Assembly (NCBI GenBank): GCA_021162205.1
Contig: JAGGZE010000079.1
Span: 29,189 to 93,188 of the forward strand
Length of the DNA: 64,000 nucleotides
Direction: 5' to 3'
DNA from: a bacterium
GTDB lineage: Bacteria > UBP14 > UBA6098 > B30-G16
The notes below the pieces were generated by a model that worked only from the letters and a program-made list of their open reading frames with translations, was not told the origin of the DNA and made no database searches. Below are positions 18,024 through 27,790 of the stretch, one piece after another (the stretch's first letter is position 1; the number at the start of each line of letters is the position of its first letter). The position numbers were made by a program, and so were the translations under genes.

Positions 18024-21000
18024 TTATCGCACCAACAAAGCTTTTTGAGTAATTTCACCATTTGCAGTGTTAAGTCTGATTAAATACAATCCAGCGGGCA
18101 TATCCTCATTGGAATCGCCGGTGCCATCCCAAACAGTCGAGTAAATACCACTGTTAACCTCGCCAGCGAATAGATGTTTCGATATATGCCCATTCAAATC
18201 CAGCACATCGATTGTAGCATAAGTGTTCGCAGCGGTTTTGAATGCGATATTTGTCGATGAATTGAACGGTGTAGGATACACTTTCATCGTAAGTGATTTC
18301 GGTAATAGTGAATTGTTATCGAGAGATGGTGGAGGTGGAGGAGTTCCTGTCTCGATATTTCCCGATGCAAACCCACGGAAAAATCCCGCATAAGTTCTAT
18401 CGATTGTGTATTCGCCATCGCCGCTGACAAATATCCAGTATCCATTACCCGGTTCGAGAAGTGGTGCGGTCGAATATCCAGTGCCGCCATCGTAAGCGAA
18501 TGCGGGTGGAACAATCGAACCAGCGGGTTCGGTATGTATCGAACCCAATGGGTATCCACTCGGTATCATCGGAGAACCGACCAATAACCAGCCATATGTG
18601 AAATCGCCCGTTATATGAAATACTGGAATGCCTGAAATATTTACATCGACATCTGCGATAGAATAAAGCCAATAACCGATTCCGGATTCGATAGAATCGA
18701 CAACATCGTATGCTCCAAGTTCGTTATCGTATTCGAATAGAGCGAGACCGCTCGGGAACAAGTTTTGCCACGAATTAGTTTCGGGAATAATCGGCAGTGA
18801 AATTAAATTCCATCCGCGGTGAAGTGAAATAGTGCAATTAACATCGTCGTCATCGCTCGGGTCGTTCGGGTCTGTGCCGAGTGCGACCTCATCGCCATCT
18901 GAAAGACCGCCGTCATCACTATCCGAATTGTGTGGGTCGGTGTGATTCTCGTATTCCGCAAGATTATTCAAACCATCGCCATCGTCATCGCGATTGGCAA
19001 GTCCCCTGATTGTATCCGAGCCGAAGAAATAATTTTCCCAATCATCGGCTATCCTATCGCCATCTTCATCCATATCAGAATTCGGGTCGAGAATAGGCGA
19101 TGCGATTTCTGAAAGGTCTGAAACACCATCACCATCGCTGTCGAGATTGTTCGGGTCGGTTCCAGCAAGATATTCATTGCGATTATTCACTAAGTCGCTG
19201 TCCGCATCGTCGGTCGGCTCGCAGAATTCGGGACCATCGAAATAGAAATTCTCCCACCAATCTGGAATGCCATCGCCATCTTGGTCTGCAACATCATAAA
19301 ATGCTGAAACGATTGTATCCGGCACACTCAAATTCAACGATGAGTCCACAGCGACAATAGTAAGGACATAATCTGCACCGGGCATAAGTTTTTCCGCAGT
19401 ATATTCGGATAGGTCGCCCGACAACTGAGTTTGCAGGAAAACATCGCCATCTGTATTGCTTATAGTCAGCGAATAAGAATAGACATCGTCATCGCCAGTC
19501 CAGTATATTGTCAGCAAACGCTCGGCAATGTTTGGAACGGTATAGTCGAAAGCAACTGCTGGTGGAATCGTATCCCGTTCTGTCGGGTCGAGACCTGTTG
19601 GGGAAACGACATATATTTCGCTTTCATTTCCCGCGTTGTCATACGCAGAAATCCCGAATACAAAGGACTCTCGCAAACTATCGGCGAGCATAACCTTTGC
19701 ATTATCGAAAAGGAAATAATTTGCATTTGCGACATCGTTAGTTTCCCACCAATCTACACTGCCGCCATCGTTCCAGCCCTTGTATACTTTATATCCAGCG
19801 ACATCGGGTTCGGAACATCGCTGCCAGGTGAATCTGATATTTTCATCATCGACCCACGATGCGATTGCAAAGCCCGGTGCCGAAGGTGCTATCAAATCTT
19901 CGGGGAAATGAATGTTCGTTGCATCATCGGTGAAATCTGCAAATCGATTAAGATTATCCTCGGCGTAAGCCATCAATTTATAATCTCCCTCGACAAAACC
20001 GAGTTGGTCGAATGTGAAAGATGTATCGATTGTGAAATCGCCCGTCAGCATCATCTCTGCGATAGGTCTCCCACCTGCATCGACATCATCGGGTTTAAGC
20101 ATAATCGTGAGATATACTGTGTCATCCGCATCGACACCGTCGACTGCGCCGGAAATATCGAAACCATCGGGTTGCAACTCTGTCGAGAGAGCGAGCGACA
20201 TCGGGTTGTGGAAACCCTTAACTTGAACTGGATGGTCGCTGTCGCCAGCTGGCAGTCCCGAAAGATGAACTGTCCAGACACCGGAAATGTTTCGCTTAAT
20301 CATCATCCCGCGATAGAAATGGCCATCGTAATAACCCTCGATTCTGACAAGTGGTGCATCGTCGTCGAACGAGCAGGAATCGAGTGTGATAATATCGCCA
20401 TCTGGGGTTTCGATAGACATATTCGGTCTAACATCGCTATCGGTTCGCACAGTGAACAGATTCATATCTGTCGAACCGAGTTCATATCGAATATCCTCGT
20501 CGGCTGTTGCATCTTTATAGAATGTTCGATACATTTCCATCGCATTGTAGGATTCGGCATCGCCGAGCAGCGAAACATGACCATCTATGTATGCAATCGA
20601 TGGTCTAAGTCCGAAGAAATTGAGATATGCTTCGCCCTTGACACCCCAATGTCCACCGGAATCGCCGCCGTGTCTAAATTCTCCATAATAAAGTGTGCCG
20701 TCGACCTCGATATCATGTGTCGGGAACAGCCATGCGATAGCGTGATGCTGGATATGAACCTCTACGCCGGAGTTTCCAGTAAGATGAAATCTCCCAGCGG
20801 GTTCACGCCACATCGAAAGTTCGGTTCCTCCGCGTGCCCATATATAATCGTTGATTCCAGTTCGAAGATTCGCATATCCATTAAGCGCCCATCCGCCACC
20901 GCCATAGTTCCACCAGTATCGAAATCCTGCCGAACCGCGAGCGAGATTATTGAGAAATCTGACATCGCCATTGAATGCGAACATATCCTCGCCGAAATCT

Positions 21001-24000
21001 ATCGAGACAGTCGGTTCCATTCTCACAACCGAGCCGAAATAAGGCACAGATGGTCCGCCGGAAAGTTGACAACCGAACTCGATATATAGATTTTCAGGTT
21101 CTGTTATGTGGTCGACCTCACCCTCGACACCTGTCAGGAAGAAACCTGTCGCCCCTAATGGTATTCCAGGGCTGAAACCCATAAATTCAAGTCTGACATC
21201 GTCGATACCGGCATCGCGAATGATTGTTACATAAGCACCGATGTATGTCTCGCTGCCGAGGTCCGGCATAAGTCCTGAAATCGATAATCTTCCACCGCCG
21301 GAGAATCTTGTTATTTCGCCATCGTCCCATACCAATCGCAATTTCGCTTTTCGGATTCCGACTGTATGCCCGCCAGCAGGGAATACGAAATCTGGGAATG
21401 TAATCGCAAGGTCTAAATCGATAAGTTCGCCGTGATATATCGCCAGAGACCTCGCATTTATCTCGAAATAACCGCCACTTATGAATGTAGTCGATGGAAT
21501 CAGCGATGAATTGACTTTAAGATAAATCTGACTCGCCTCGATTGTATCGTTATTAACATATAAATCGTGGAATTTGAACTTGAAAGCATTATCCCATAGA
21601 CCGAGTTCAAAATCTTCGATAAAATATTCGACAGTGCCATCGTAATAGCTTCTGCGATGAATTCCGACAGACCCCATAAAGTTAGCACCATTATTGATAG
21701 AGATTTCACCCGAAATATCCCAGTATCCATTATCGACATCGATTTCCGCCGGGTCGAGCGAAATGGAATATGCGAACGGTGCACCGAGCAGTGAATCGGG
21801 TGTGATTTTGTCTCGAATCGAATCTGGAAGCATATCTGTCGATGGGTCGAAACGGAATTTGATTCCCCAATATGTGAGGTCGAATGCGCCGCCATAGACA
21901 TACGGTTTCGAGCCATCCTCGTGAACAAATCTCGCTACACCCGTTCCTGCTGCTACATCGAGGTCGATATACGCCCCGACCTCGCCGATAGAACCTATCA
22001 TCGCAATCGTGTCGCCCAAATCGTTCACGAGACGGATGTTGCCATAAATTCTATCGCCATCGATATTGTCTGAACAAATTTGATACGAGCCATAATCGAC
22101 GCAGGTCATCTCTGCCCAGGCAGTTCCATTAAGCGAAATTGTGTATTCGCCGACTTCGGATTGAACAATCAAAGTCCCAACATAAGCGGTTGCAGAAGAA
22201 TATGGACAAAATCGAATCGTGATATATTTCCATGAATCGGGATTAACTGTGAATGTGTCATTTCCTGTTATCGTGAATGCTCCCGAACCGAGAAGTATCA
22301 TTCCATTAACTCTTATAGGACTCGTGCCATTATTCCGCACCGTAATTCTTTTACTCTGGCAGTCACTGAAACTGACACTGTCGAATTCGAGACTTGTCGG
22401 GGTGAGTGATAAATCGGACATCGGTGTTTCAACACCGGTTCCTCTGAGTGGCGCACTTCTAATCGGAGTATGCGGGTCGTTCGAGAATATCGCCATAATG
22501 GCATCGATTTCACCTGTATAGGTCGGGCAGAATTGAACCTCGATTGTGTCCCATTCACCAGGAGCAATTGTCATAGGTTCGGGAACCGACGCTGAATAAT
22601 TTGCATCGACAATCATAACGGAATCGATTATTAGATTTGCATCGCCGACATTTCCGACAGCGAGGTATTGCGGACCGCATCCACCGACAGAGACCTCGCC
22701 GAATTCGAGTATCGCAGGTGTTATCGTGATTTGTGCTCCGAGTGGTGCATAAACCCAGATTGTAACATAGGCAGTATCGACAGCACCGCAGGCATCGAGC
22801 GTAATCAATGAAACATTATATGTGCCGGCGGTATTATATATATGCTCTACCGATGATGTCGTATCTGTCGAGCCATCGCCGAAATTCCATACTCGTGAAA
22901 CCACGATGCCTGTGGAACTATCCAAGAATGAAACTGTCAATGGAGCATTGCCCGATACAGTAGAGACCGAAATATTAGCGGTCAATTCAGGGCAACCGAC
23001 CGTGATTTCGACAGTCGATGTCTCTGTTATGCAGAAATTCGACGCCACAAGCATTGCCTCATAATTTCCGGGAACAGTATATATATGAACGATAGAATCC
23101 TCGGTCGAGCTTTCGCCATCACCGAAATAAATAGTGAAATTATCCACCGAACCTGTGCTTTGATTTTTTAACATTACATTTAGAGGTGCGGTGCCCGTTG
23201 TCGGGAAAGCGTAAAGACTTGCAGAAAGTTCATCGCAGCAATTTTTATCGAATTTTATATCGTGGTCATCGGCGGAAAAAATATTTTCCCATACGATTAC
23301 AGGACAACCACCAGGAGCTTCATTTGAAACAGCGATAGCGGGGAATATCTCGTAAGCGGTAGACTCGTCGGAAACATCTACATCGCTACCCCAGTATCCA
23401 CCGAATGGACAGGATTCAAATTCGATTTTCCCTTGTTTCCAATATGCTATCATAAACGAGTTTTCGCCGGCAGCGATGTCTGCAAATTTCTCATTATAAA
23501 AAGAATAAGTAACCGAGCCATTTTCCCAGGTAGTTCCACCATCGGTTGTGTGAATATATTTAATATCGTGGTCGGAATCCGAACATTTGTATGTATAAAC
23601 AACCATCGCCTCATCGCCATTCGCAGCGATTCTGGGATATGCTCCAGTCGATGCGATATTAGCTCCAGCACTCCAACTCGCACCATAATCCGAACTTGTA
23701 GCAGACCAGATAGCACCTGTTTCATCGGCATTGGTTTGCGTTACTACTGCGAGTTTCCCGCTTCCAAGATATGCAATATCGCAATATTCAGCACCTTGGT
23801 TTGTGAAATCTACTTGTGTCCAAGTTATCCCAAAATCTGTCGAGCGAGCAAGATGAACATCGGTATCGAACATACCATTGCAAATATATGCCGCATATAG
23901 ATAATAGTATGAGTCGGTATCGGTGATAATTTTCGCCCTTCGTTTTCCAGACAATGCCGAACCATCGATAGAATGGGCTTCTCCACCACTACCCGTGAAA

Positions 24001-24575
24001 CTGAAACGGGCTACACTAACTTCGTTGTTCGATGTATTATAACTCAAGAACACCCAATCTTGTTCGCCCTCGCCAATCGTGAGTTGAGGATATTCTAAAT
24101 CGTAAGATGGATCGGTTACAGTCACTAATGGTATCCAGCTTGTGCCGCCATCTGTAGATTTGGCAACCATAATAAATTTGTGTGGAATTGTATCGTCGGT
24201 TGTCACATAAGCCGCAAACATCGTGCCATCACTCGATATAGCGATTGCGGGACTGCACTCGGAATTCGAGCTAAATGCGATATAACCATCCGTATCGAAA
24301 GATTTATCTGCTCTCGATGGAATTTCGGCAAGTGGAGAAATAACCGAACTGCATTCGAGCGATATAGGTGCAGGAATATGCCCAAGTCGGTCGAGTCTCG
24401 GCTGAATTGAGTTCACCTGTTCGGAATTACCCGAAATTTTCGCCTGCGACAATTCATTTAAAATTTCGGCAGAAATCGGATATGAATTTGGCGCATAAAA
24501 CATTTGTTTCGATGCTGGATTTTTTGCGAGCAAAACACTCGCAATGCAAGTTAATACAATAATAGCTTTTTTCAC
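18024..24575 (-). CDS. Giant T9SS-secreted surface protein (2183 aa) with BNR/Asp-box repeats, PKD domains, thrombospondin type-3-like Ca-binding repeats and a Por CTD
   Basis: GTG start at 24575 with GGGAGG RBS. Signal peptide. Asp-box repeats (STDGGTSW, STDFGITW, SSDYGASW, TDGGTTW). PKD-like FGDGSTDTTSSVEHIYNTAGTYNVSL. DxDxDG runs (DQDGDGIPD, DSDGDGVSD, DDDGDGLNN). C-terminus KVYPTPFNSSTNIAF...GLYLIRL is a T9SS CTD. Confidence 0.75.
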   Translation of the reverse strand: MKKAIIVLTCIASVLLAKNPASKQMFYAPNSYPISAEILNELSQAKISGNSEQVNSIQPRLDRLGHIPAPISLECSSVISPLAEIPSRADKSFDTDGYIAFSSNSECSPAIAISSDGTMFAAYVTTDDTIPHKFIMVAKSTDGGTSWIPLVTVTDPSYDLEYPQLTIGEGEQDWVFLSYNTSNNEVSVARFSFTGSGGEAHSIDGSALSGKRRAKIITDTDSYYYLYAAYICNGMFDTDVHLARSTDFGITWTQVDFTNQGAEYCDIAYLGSGKLAVVTQTNADETGAIWSATSSDYGASWSAGANIASTGAYPRIAANGDEAMVVYTYKCSDSDHDIKYIHTTDGGTTWENGSVTYSFYNEKFADIAAGENSFMIAYWKQGKIEFESCPFGGYWGSDVDVSDESTAYEIFPAIAVSNEAPGGCPVIVWENIFSADDHDIKFDKNCCDELSASLYAFPTTGTAPLNVMLKNQSTGSVDNFTIYFGDGESSTEDSIVHIYTVPGNYEAMLVASNFCITETSTVEITVGCPELTANISVSTVSGNAPLTVSFLDSSTGIVVSRVWNFGDGSTDTTSSVEHIYNTAGTYNVSLITLDACGAVDTAYVTIWVYAPLGAQITITPAILEFGEVSVGGCGPQYLAVGNVGDANLIIDSVMIVDANYSASVPEPMTIAPGEWDTIEVQFCPTYTGEIDAIMAIFSNDPHTPIRSAPLRGTGVETPMSDLSLTPTSLEFDSVSFSDCQSKRITVRNNGTSPIRVNGMILLGSGAFTITGNDTFTVNPDSWKYITIRFCPYSSATAYVGTLIVQSEVGEYTISLNGTAWAEMTCVDYGSYQICSDNIDGDRIYGNIRLVNDLGDTIAMIGSIGEVGAYIDLDVAAGTGVARFVHEDGSKPYVYGGAFDLTYWGIKFRFDPSTDMLPDSIRDKITPDSLLGAPFAYSISLDPAEIDVDNGYWDISGEISINNGANFMGSVGIHRRSYYDGTVEYFIEDFELGLWDNAFKFKFHDLYVNNDTIEASQIYLKVNSSLIPSTTFISGGYFEINARSLAIYHGELIDLDLAITFPDFVFPAGGHTVGIRKAKLRLVWDDGEITRFSGGGRLSISGLMPDLGSETYIGAYVTIIRDAGIDDVRLEFMGFSPGIPLGATGFFLTGVEGEVDHITEPENLYIEFGCQLSGGPSVPYFGSVVRMEPTVSIDFGEDMFAFNGDVRFLNNLARGSAGFRYWWNYGGGGWALNGYANLRTGINDYIWARGGTELSMWREPAGRFHLTGNSGVEVHIQHHAIAWLFPTHDIEVDGTLYYGEFRHGGDSGGHWGVKGEAYLNFFGLRPSIAYIDGHVSLLGDAESYNAMEMYRTFYKDATADEDIRYELGSTDMNLFTVRTDSDVRPNMSIETPDGDIITLDSCSFDDDAPLVRIEGYYDGHFYRGMMIKRNISGVWTVHLSGLPAGDSDHPVQVKGFHNPMSLALSTELQPDGFDISGAVDGVDADDTVYLTIMLKPDDVDAGGRPIAEMMLTGDFTIDTSFTFDQLGFVEGDYKLMAYAEDNLNRFADFTDDATNIHFPEDLIAPSAPGFAIASWVDDENIRFTWQRCSEPDVAGYKVYKGWNDGGSVDWWETNDVANANYFLFDNAKVMLADSLRESFVFGISAYDNAGNESEIYVVSPTGLDPTERDTIPPAVAFDYTVPNIAERLLTIYWTGDDDVYSYSLTISNTDGDVFLQTQLSGDLSEYTAEKLMPGADYVLTIVAVDSSLNLSVPDTIVSAFYDVADQDGDGIPDWWENFYFDGPEFCEPTDDADSDLVNNRNEYLAGTDPNNLDSDGDGVSDLSEIASPILDPNSDMDEDGDRIADDWENYFFGSDTIRGLANRDDDGDGLNNLAEYENHTDPHNSDSDDGGLSDGDEVALGTDPNDPSDDDDVNCTISLHRGWNLISLPIIPETNSWQNLFPSGLALFEYDNELGAYDVVDSIESGIGYWLYSIADVDVNISGIPVFHITGDFTYGWLLVGSPMIPSGYPLGSIHTEPAGSIVPPAFAYDGGTGYSTAPLLEPGNGYWIFVSGDGEYTIDRTYAGFFRGFASGNIETGTPPPPPSLDNNSLLPKSLTMKVYPTPFNSSTNIAFKTAANTYATIDVLDLNGHISKHLFAGEVNSGIYSTVWDGTGDSNEDMPAGLYLIRLNTANGEITQKALLVR

Positions 24576-24756
24576 GATGAACCTCCCATTTGGATTTTTT
24601 CATTTTAACTAATATTTTTGAATATAGATTATATATAGTAAATTGTCAAATGAAAATAATATTTGAAAAAAAGGAACTTAATTGAATGCCCTTGCATTAT
24701 TTGTTTTTCCTTCTGTTGCAGGGGTAGTGTTTATATAGTCTTATATTTTACTATTA

Positions 24757-26283
24757 TTATCGAACAATTATATTTACCAAAGACACAATAAACAATGCCA
24801 TTAGAAAATACCCCAATATTAGTTCAATTACAAATAGTATTTTATTAAGTCCTTGGGGCCTTTCATTTTGAAATGAGCCTGTAAAAAAGCATATTACTGA
24901 GAATAGAATAGATTTAATCAGAGCATTTTTCCATCTTACAATAAAACTTTCTCTTATTAAAATCTTTCGATTTTTTGATGAGTGCGATTTTCTATGTCCA
25001 TTTTCCTTTTTGAAATAGTATGGCTTGGGACGAAATTGCCTTGCCATATAGAAAACAGAAAACAAAAGAATGATTGCGATTATCCATTTGAATGTTATAT
25101 ACGGAACAAGTGCGTATCCTGAAAAGGTTCCCATTAATAGCAAGAAGAACCATTTAAGGAACTGCTTTCGTTTCCATGCCAGCGATCTTTCAAAATTCTT
25201 AGCTTCAATTAACAAAGCATCATGGTCAGCCATACGATTCTGCTGCAACTGATTCCGATATATTAAGGCATATGTTCGCAATATATAATCATAGCTATTA
25301 TCATCCGCTCCTTTTGCATATTCTGGTTCGTAAAACCATATAGATGGTTTTGGCATACTGGAAGCAGGTATTGCTATATCACCTTTCAATCTAATATTGC
25401 TTATAAGAATTGAACCAGCCAAGTCATTTTTTCTAAAAGATGAGCAATCCAAATCTACAAGTTGTTTCTCTGGAATCGATATACTTTGAAAATCTAAGAA
25501 ATAATTAAAATTAACTTTTCGGAATTCGGCACCACCATCAAAAGTAACGGATGAAAAAAGTGCGGATGAATCAAAATGACATTCGCTAAAATTTGCTTTG
25601 TAAATAAAGTTCACTGATGAGAAATCAGCATCTTTAAAGAAGTGGCACCCTCCAAAATCGGCTAGACTATCAAATGTGCAATCTCCAAACAAAGCGGGAC
25701 CGTGGAATTTTATAGCACAGAATAGTGCTTGACCAAGAAAAAAGTTGTTCTTAAAATTCGCTATAGAATCCACAACTGCAAATCTAAATTCAGGATTTAT
25801 GTATGTGTACCAATTTGACCAATGAAAGTCCATATTTCTATAGAAATGAGCTTTTTGGAATCTTGCTTGAGTTATGAAATGGCATTTACTAAATTCAACA
25901 TTTCCAAGAAATTCACACTCGTCAAATTGGGCACAATCCTCAAAATAACACTTCCTAAAGGCTAAATCACTTTTGAACACTGCCTTTGTCAGAATTCCTT
26001 TCTTGAAAATACATTCACTAATGACAATAGGTCTGTATATTGTATCTTTTATTTCTCCTATTTTTCCAGAGAAAGGTATTACTGGGCTTACGATGGCGAA
26101 ATTGTCTAAGAATAGCGTGTCTTGGGTTCTTTCCTCCATTTGTCGTGAGACTTCCTCACCATTTTTCATTCTTGCCCAGGTTCTTTCATTTGGTTTGGAA
26201 TGGCGAATTAATTTGGTGTAATATTGTGAATAGCAAGCACCTATATAAGCGAGCAAGCAAAGTATTATCAATTTTTTGTTCAT
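24757..26283 (-). CDS. Pentapeptide-repeat protein with N-terminal signal/lipobox and C-terminal transmembrane helices
   Basis: Start MNKKLIILCLLAYIGACYS (RBS ggggaaagaa). A long run of A(D/N)LxF-type pentapeptide repeats (FSKCHF, FQKAHF, FSECHF, FRKVNF...). Three hydrophobic helices at the C-terminus. Confidence 0.6.
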   Translation of the reverse strand: MNKKLIILCLLAYIGACYSQYYTKLIRHSKPNERTWARMKNGEEVSRQMEERTQDTLFLDNFAIVSPVIPFSGKIGEIKDTIYRPIVISECIFKKGILTKAVFKSDLAFRKCYFEDCAQFDECEFLGNVEFSKCHFITQARFQKAHFYRNMDFHWSNWYTYINPEFRFAVVDSIANFKNNFFLGQALFCAIKFHGPALFGDCTFDSLADFGGCHFFKDADFSSVNFIYKANFSECHFDSSALFSSVTFDGGAEFRKVNFNYFLDFQSISIPEKQLVDLDCSSFRKNDLAGSILISNIRLKGDIAIPASSMPKPSIWFYEPEYAKGADDNSYDYILRTYALIYRNQLQQNRMADHDALLIEAKNFERSLAWKRKQFLKWFFLLLMGTFSGYALVPYITFKWIIAIILLFSVFYMARQFRPKPYYFKKENGHRKSHSSKNRKILIRESFIVRWKNALIKSILFSVICFFTGSFQNERPQGLNKILFVIELILGYFLMALFIVSLVNIIVR

Positions 26284-26597
26284 TTCTTTCCCCGAATTTT
26301 GCCACTTTCTCTCCTCAAATTTACCCAATCCATCCCTCTTCCGCAATAAAATTCTCATTAATTTCAGAATGGATTTTACAGAACCGTCAGCTAAAGCAGA
26401 CGGCAATGATATTTCATTTTCTTTTTTCATTCTCTTCATTGCCGTTCCGCTTCAGCGAACGGAGAATGATATTATCGTTTCTAAATATGCTTTGTCAAGC
26501 CATAAACATGATTTCTCGTTTCCTAAATACGAACCGTGAGTTGCTACGAATGATTTGCGACCTCGGAGATGTGAATTATGCGGTTGGATTTTATTTG

Positions 26598-27623
26598 TTA
26601 CACATTGAACCTAAATGCGACATAATCGCCATCCTGCATAGCATATTCCTTGCCCTCGATTCTGAAATATGCTTTTGTTCTGGCTTGTGCATAACCGCCT
26701 GCTTCGATAAATTTATCCCAACTGACGATTTCGGCGCGGATGAAACCTCGACCGATATCCGAATGAATTTTCCCGGCGGCATCGACTGCGATAGTTCCTT
26801 TCGGTATCGACCATGCACGAGCTTCCTTTTCATTTCCGGTATAAAATTCGATGAAACCGAATTTTTCGTATATATCTCGTAAGGTTTTGTCGATGATATT
26901 TTTCGGGATATCGAGTTCATCCATAAAGGATTTTGCTTCATCGAGTTCGAGTTCGGCGAGCTCGAGTATAAATTTAGCGGGAATGACCGATATATTTTCA
27001 CCGAGTATCGAGCCGAATTTTTCCATATCTAATGATTCGCAGCTATCCTCGGTATTTACGATAGCGAACCATTTTTTTGCTGTCAAAAGTCCCTGATTTC
27101 GAGCGAGTTTTTTTTCATTTTCATCGAGTGCCAATTCGCCGACTAATTTTCCATCATTTAAAATGTCGGCAAATTTTTTCAATGTTTCGAGATTTTTCTC
27201 GATAATTTTTCTATCATCTTTCGAGTGAGGTTTCCCAATTTCGGCATTCAACGAATTAATTCTTGTCTCGGTTGCAGACAAATCGAAAAGGATTAGATTT
27301 TCACGGATATTGCGAGCATCGTCGATAGGATTAGGTGTTCCGAAACCGCAGTCGAAACCGCGCAGAACGATAATAAGTCCGAATGCTCCTTGAATATCGG
27401 AGAATATCGTTCCGCCGTGAGTTATATCGCCCACAGTATCCTGAAATTCGAGTTCGATTTGAGTAATCTTTTTTGCATTCACGACATCGGCGATTTTCAT
27501 AAGTCGCTCATCTGGCAATTTTACCGCAGCGATATTCTCGCTATGTCCGGTATGCCCACCGGATAATGCTTTCCAAACAGTTGTTCGCCCGCACTGTGGA
27601 AGTCCTATTATTGCGAAACGCAT
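26598..27623 (-). CDS. ychF: Ribosome-binding ATPase YchF-like (Obg-family GTPase with TGS domain), divergent
   Basis: P-loop MRFAIIGLPQCGRTT. C-terminal ...EGKEYAMQDGDYVAFRFNV matches the YchF TGS signature. The G1 motif is unusual. Confidence 0.65.
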   Translation of the reverse strand: MRFAIIGLPQCGRTTVWKALSGGHTGHSENIAAVKLPDERLMKIADVVNAKKITQIELEFQDTVGDITHGGTIFSDIQGAFGLIIVLRGFDCGFGTPNPIDDARNIRENLILFDLSATETRINSLNAEIGKPHSKDDRKIIEKNLETLKKFADILNDGKLVGELALDENEKKLARNQGLLTAKKWFAIVNTEDSCESLDMEKFGSILGENISVIPAKFILELAELELDEAKSFMDELDIPKNIIDKTLRDIYEKFGFIEFYTGNEKEARAWSIPKGTIAVDAAGKIHSDIGRGFIRAEIVSWDKFIEAGGYAQARTKAYFRIEGKEYAMQDGDYVAFRFNV

Positions 27624-27651
27624 ATTATCTCCCTCGTCTTTTATTTTTTCC

Positions 27652-27790
27652 TTGACAATAACTTTACAATGCTCAAGTTATAAACAGATAAAAAAGTTTT
27701 TGTCCGGTGCCGATTTTTGCGGCTCGATATGGTTTGCCCAGCCGGACACCATTTTTTACAGAAAACGGGGTTGGAAAATCCCGTCTTTTT
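27652..27790 (+). ncRNA. Candidate small RNA cassette (copy 2) convergent on and overlapping the 3' end of DUF3800 gene 1
   Basis: TTGACA at 27652 lies about 78 nt upstream of the shared core atatggtttgcccagccgg. Stem gtccgg...ccggac. Plus-strand hairpin acgggg-N9-cccgt followed by T9 at 27764-27792. The -10 box is weak. Confidence 0.3.

Noticed and set aside
19431-21089. 552-aa plus-strand ORF
   Set aside because: It lies entirely inside and antisense to the 2183-aa surface-protein gene. It is Cys/Ile/Arg-rich with low complexity and has no RBS. It is a shadow ORF.
26440-26470. Hairpin ccgttc-N9-gaacgg upstream of the pentapeptide-repeat gene
   Set aside because: It is short, lacks a U-tract in either orientation, and lies within the 5' leader or an alternative upstream ORF, so it is not convincing as a terminator or regulator.
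26040-26882. 280-aa plus-strand ORF
   Set aside because: It is antisense to the pentapeptide-repeat gene and ychF 3' region, with Phe/Leu-rich low-complexity translation. It is a shadow ORF.
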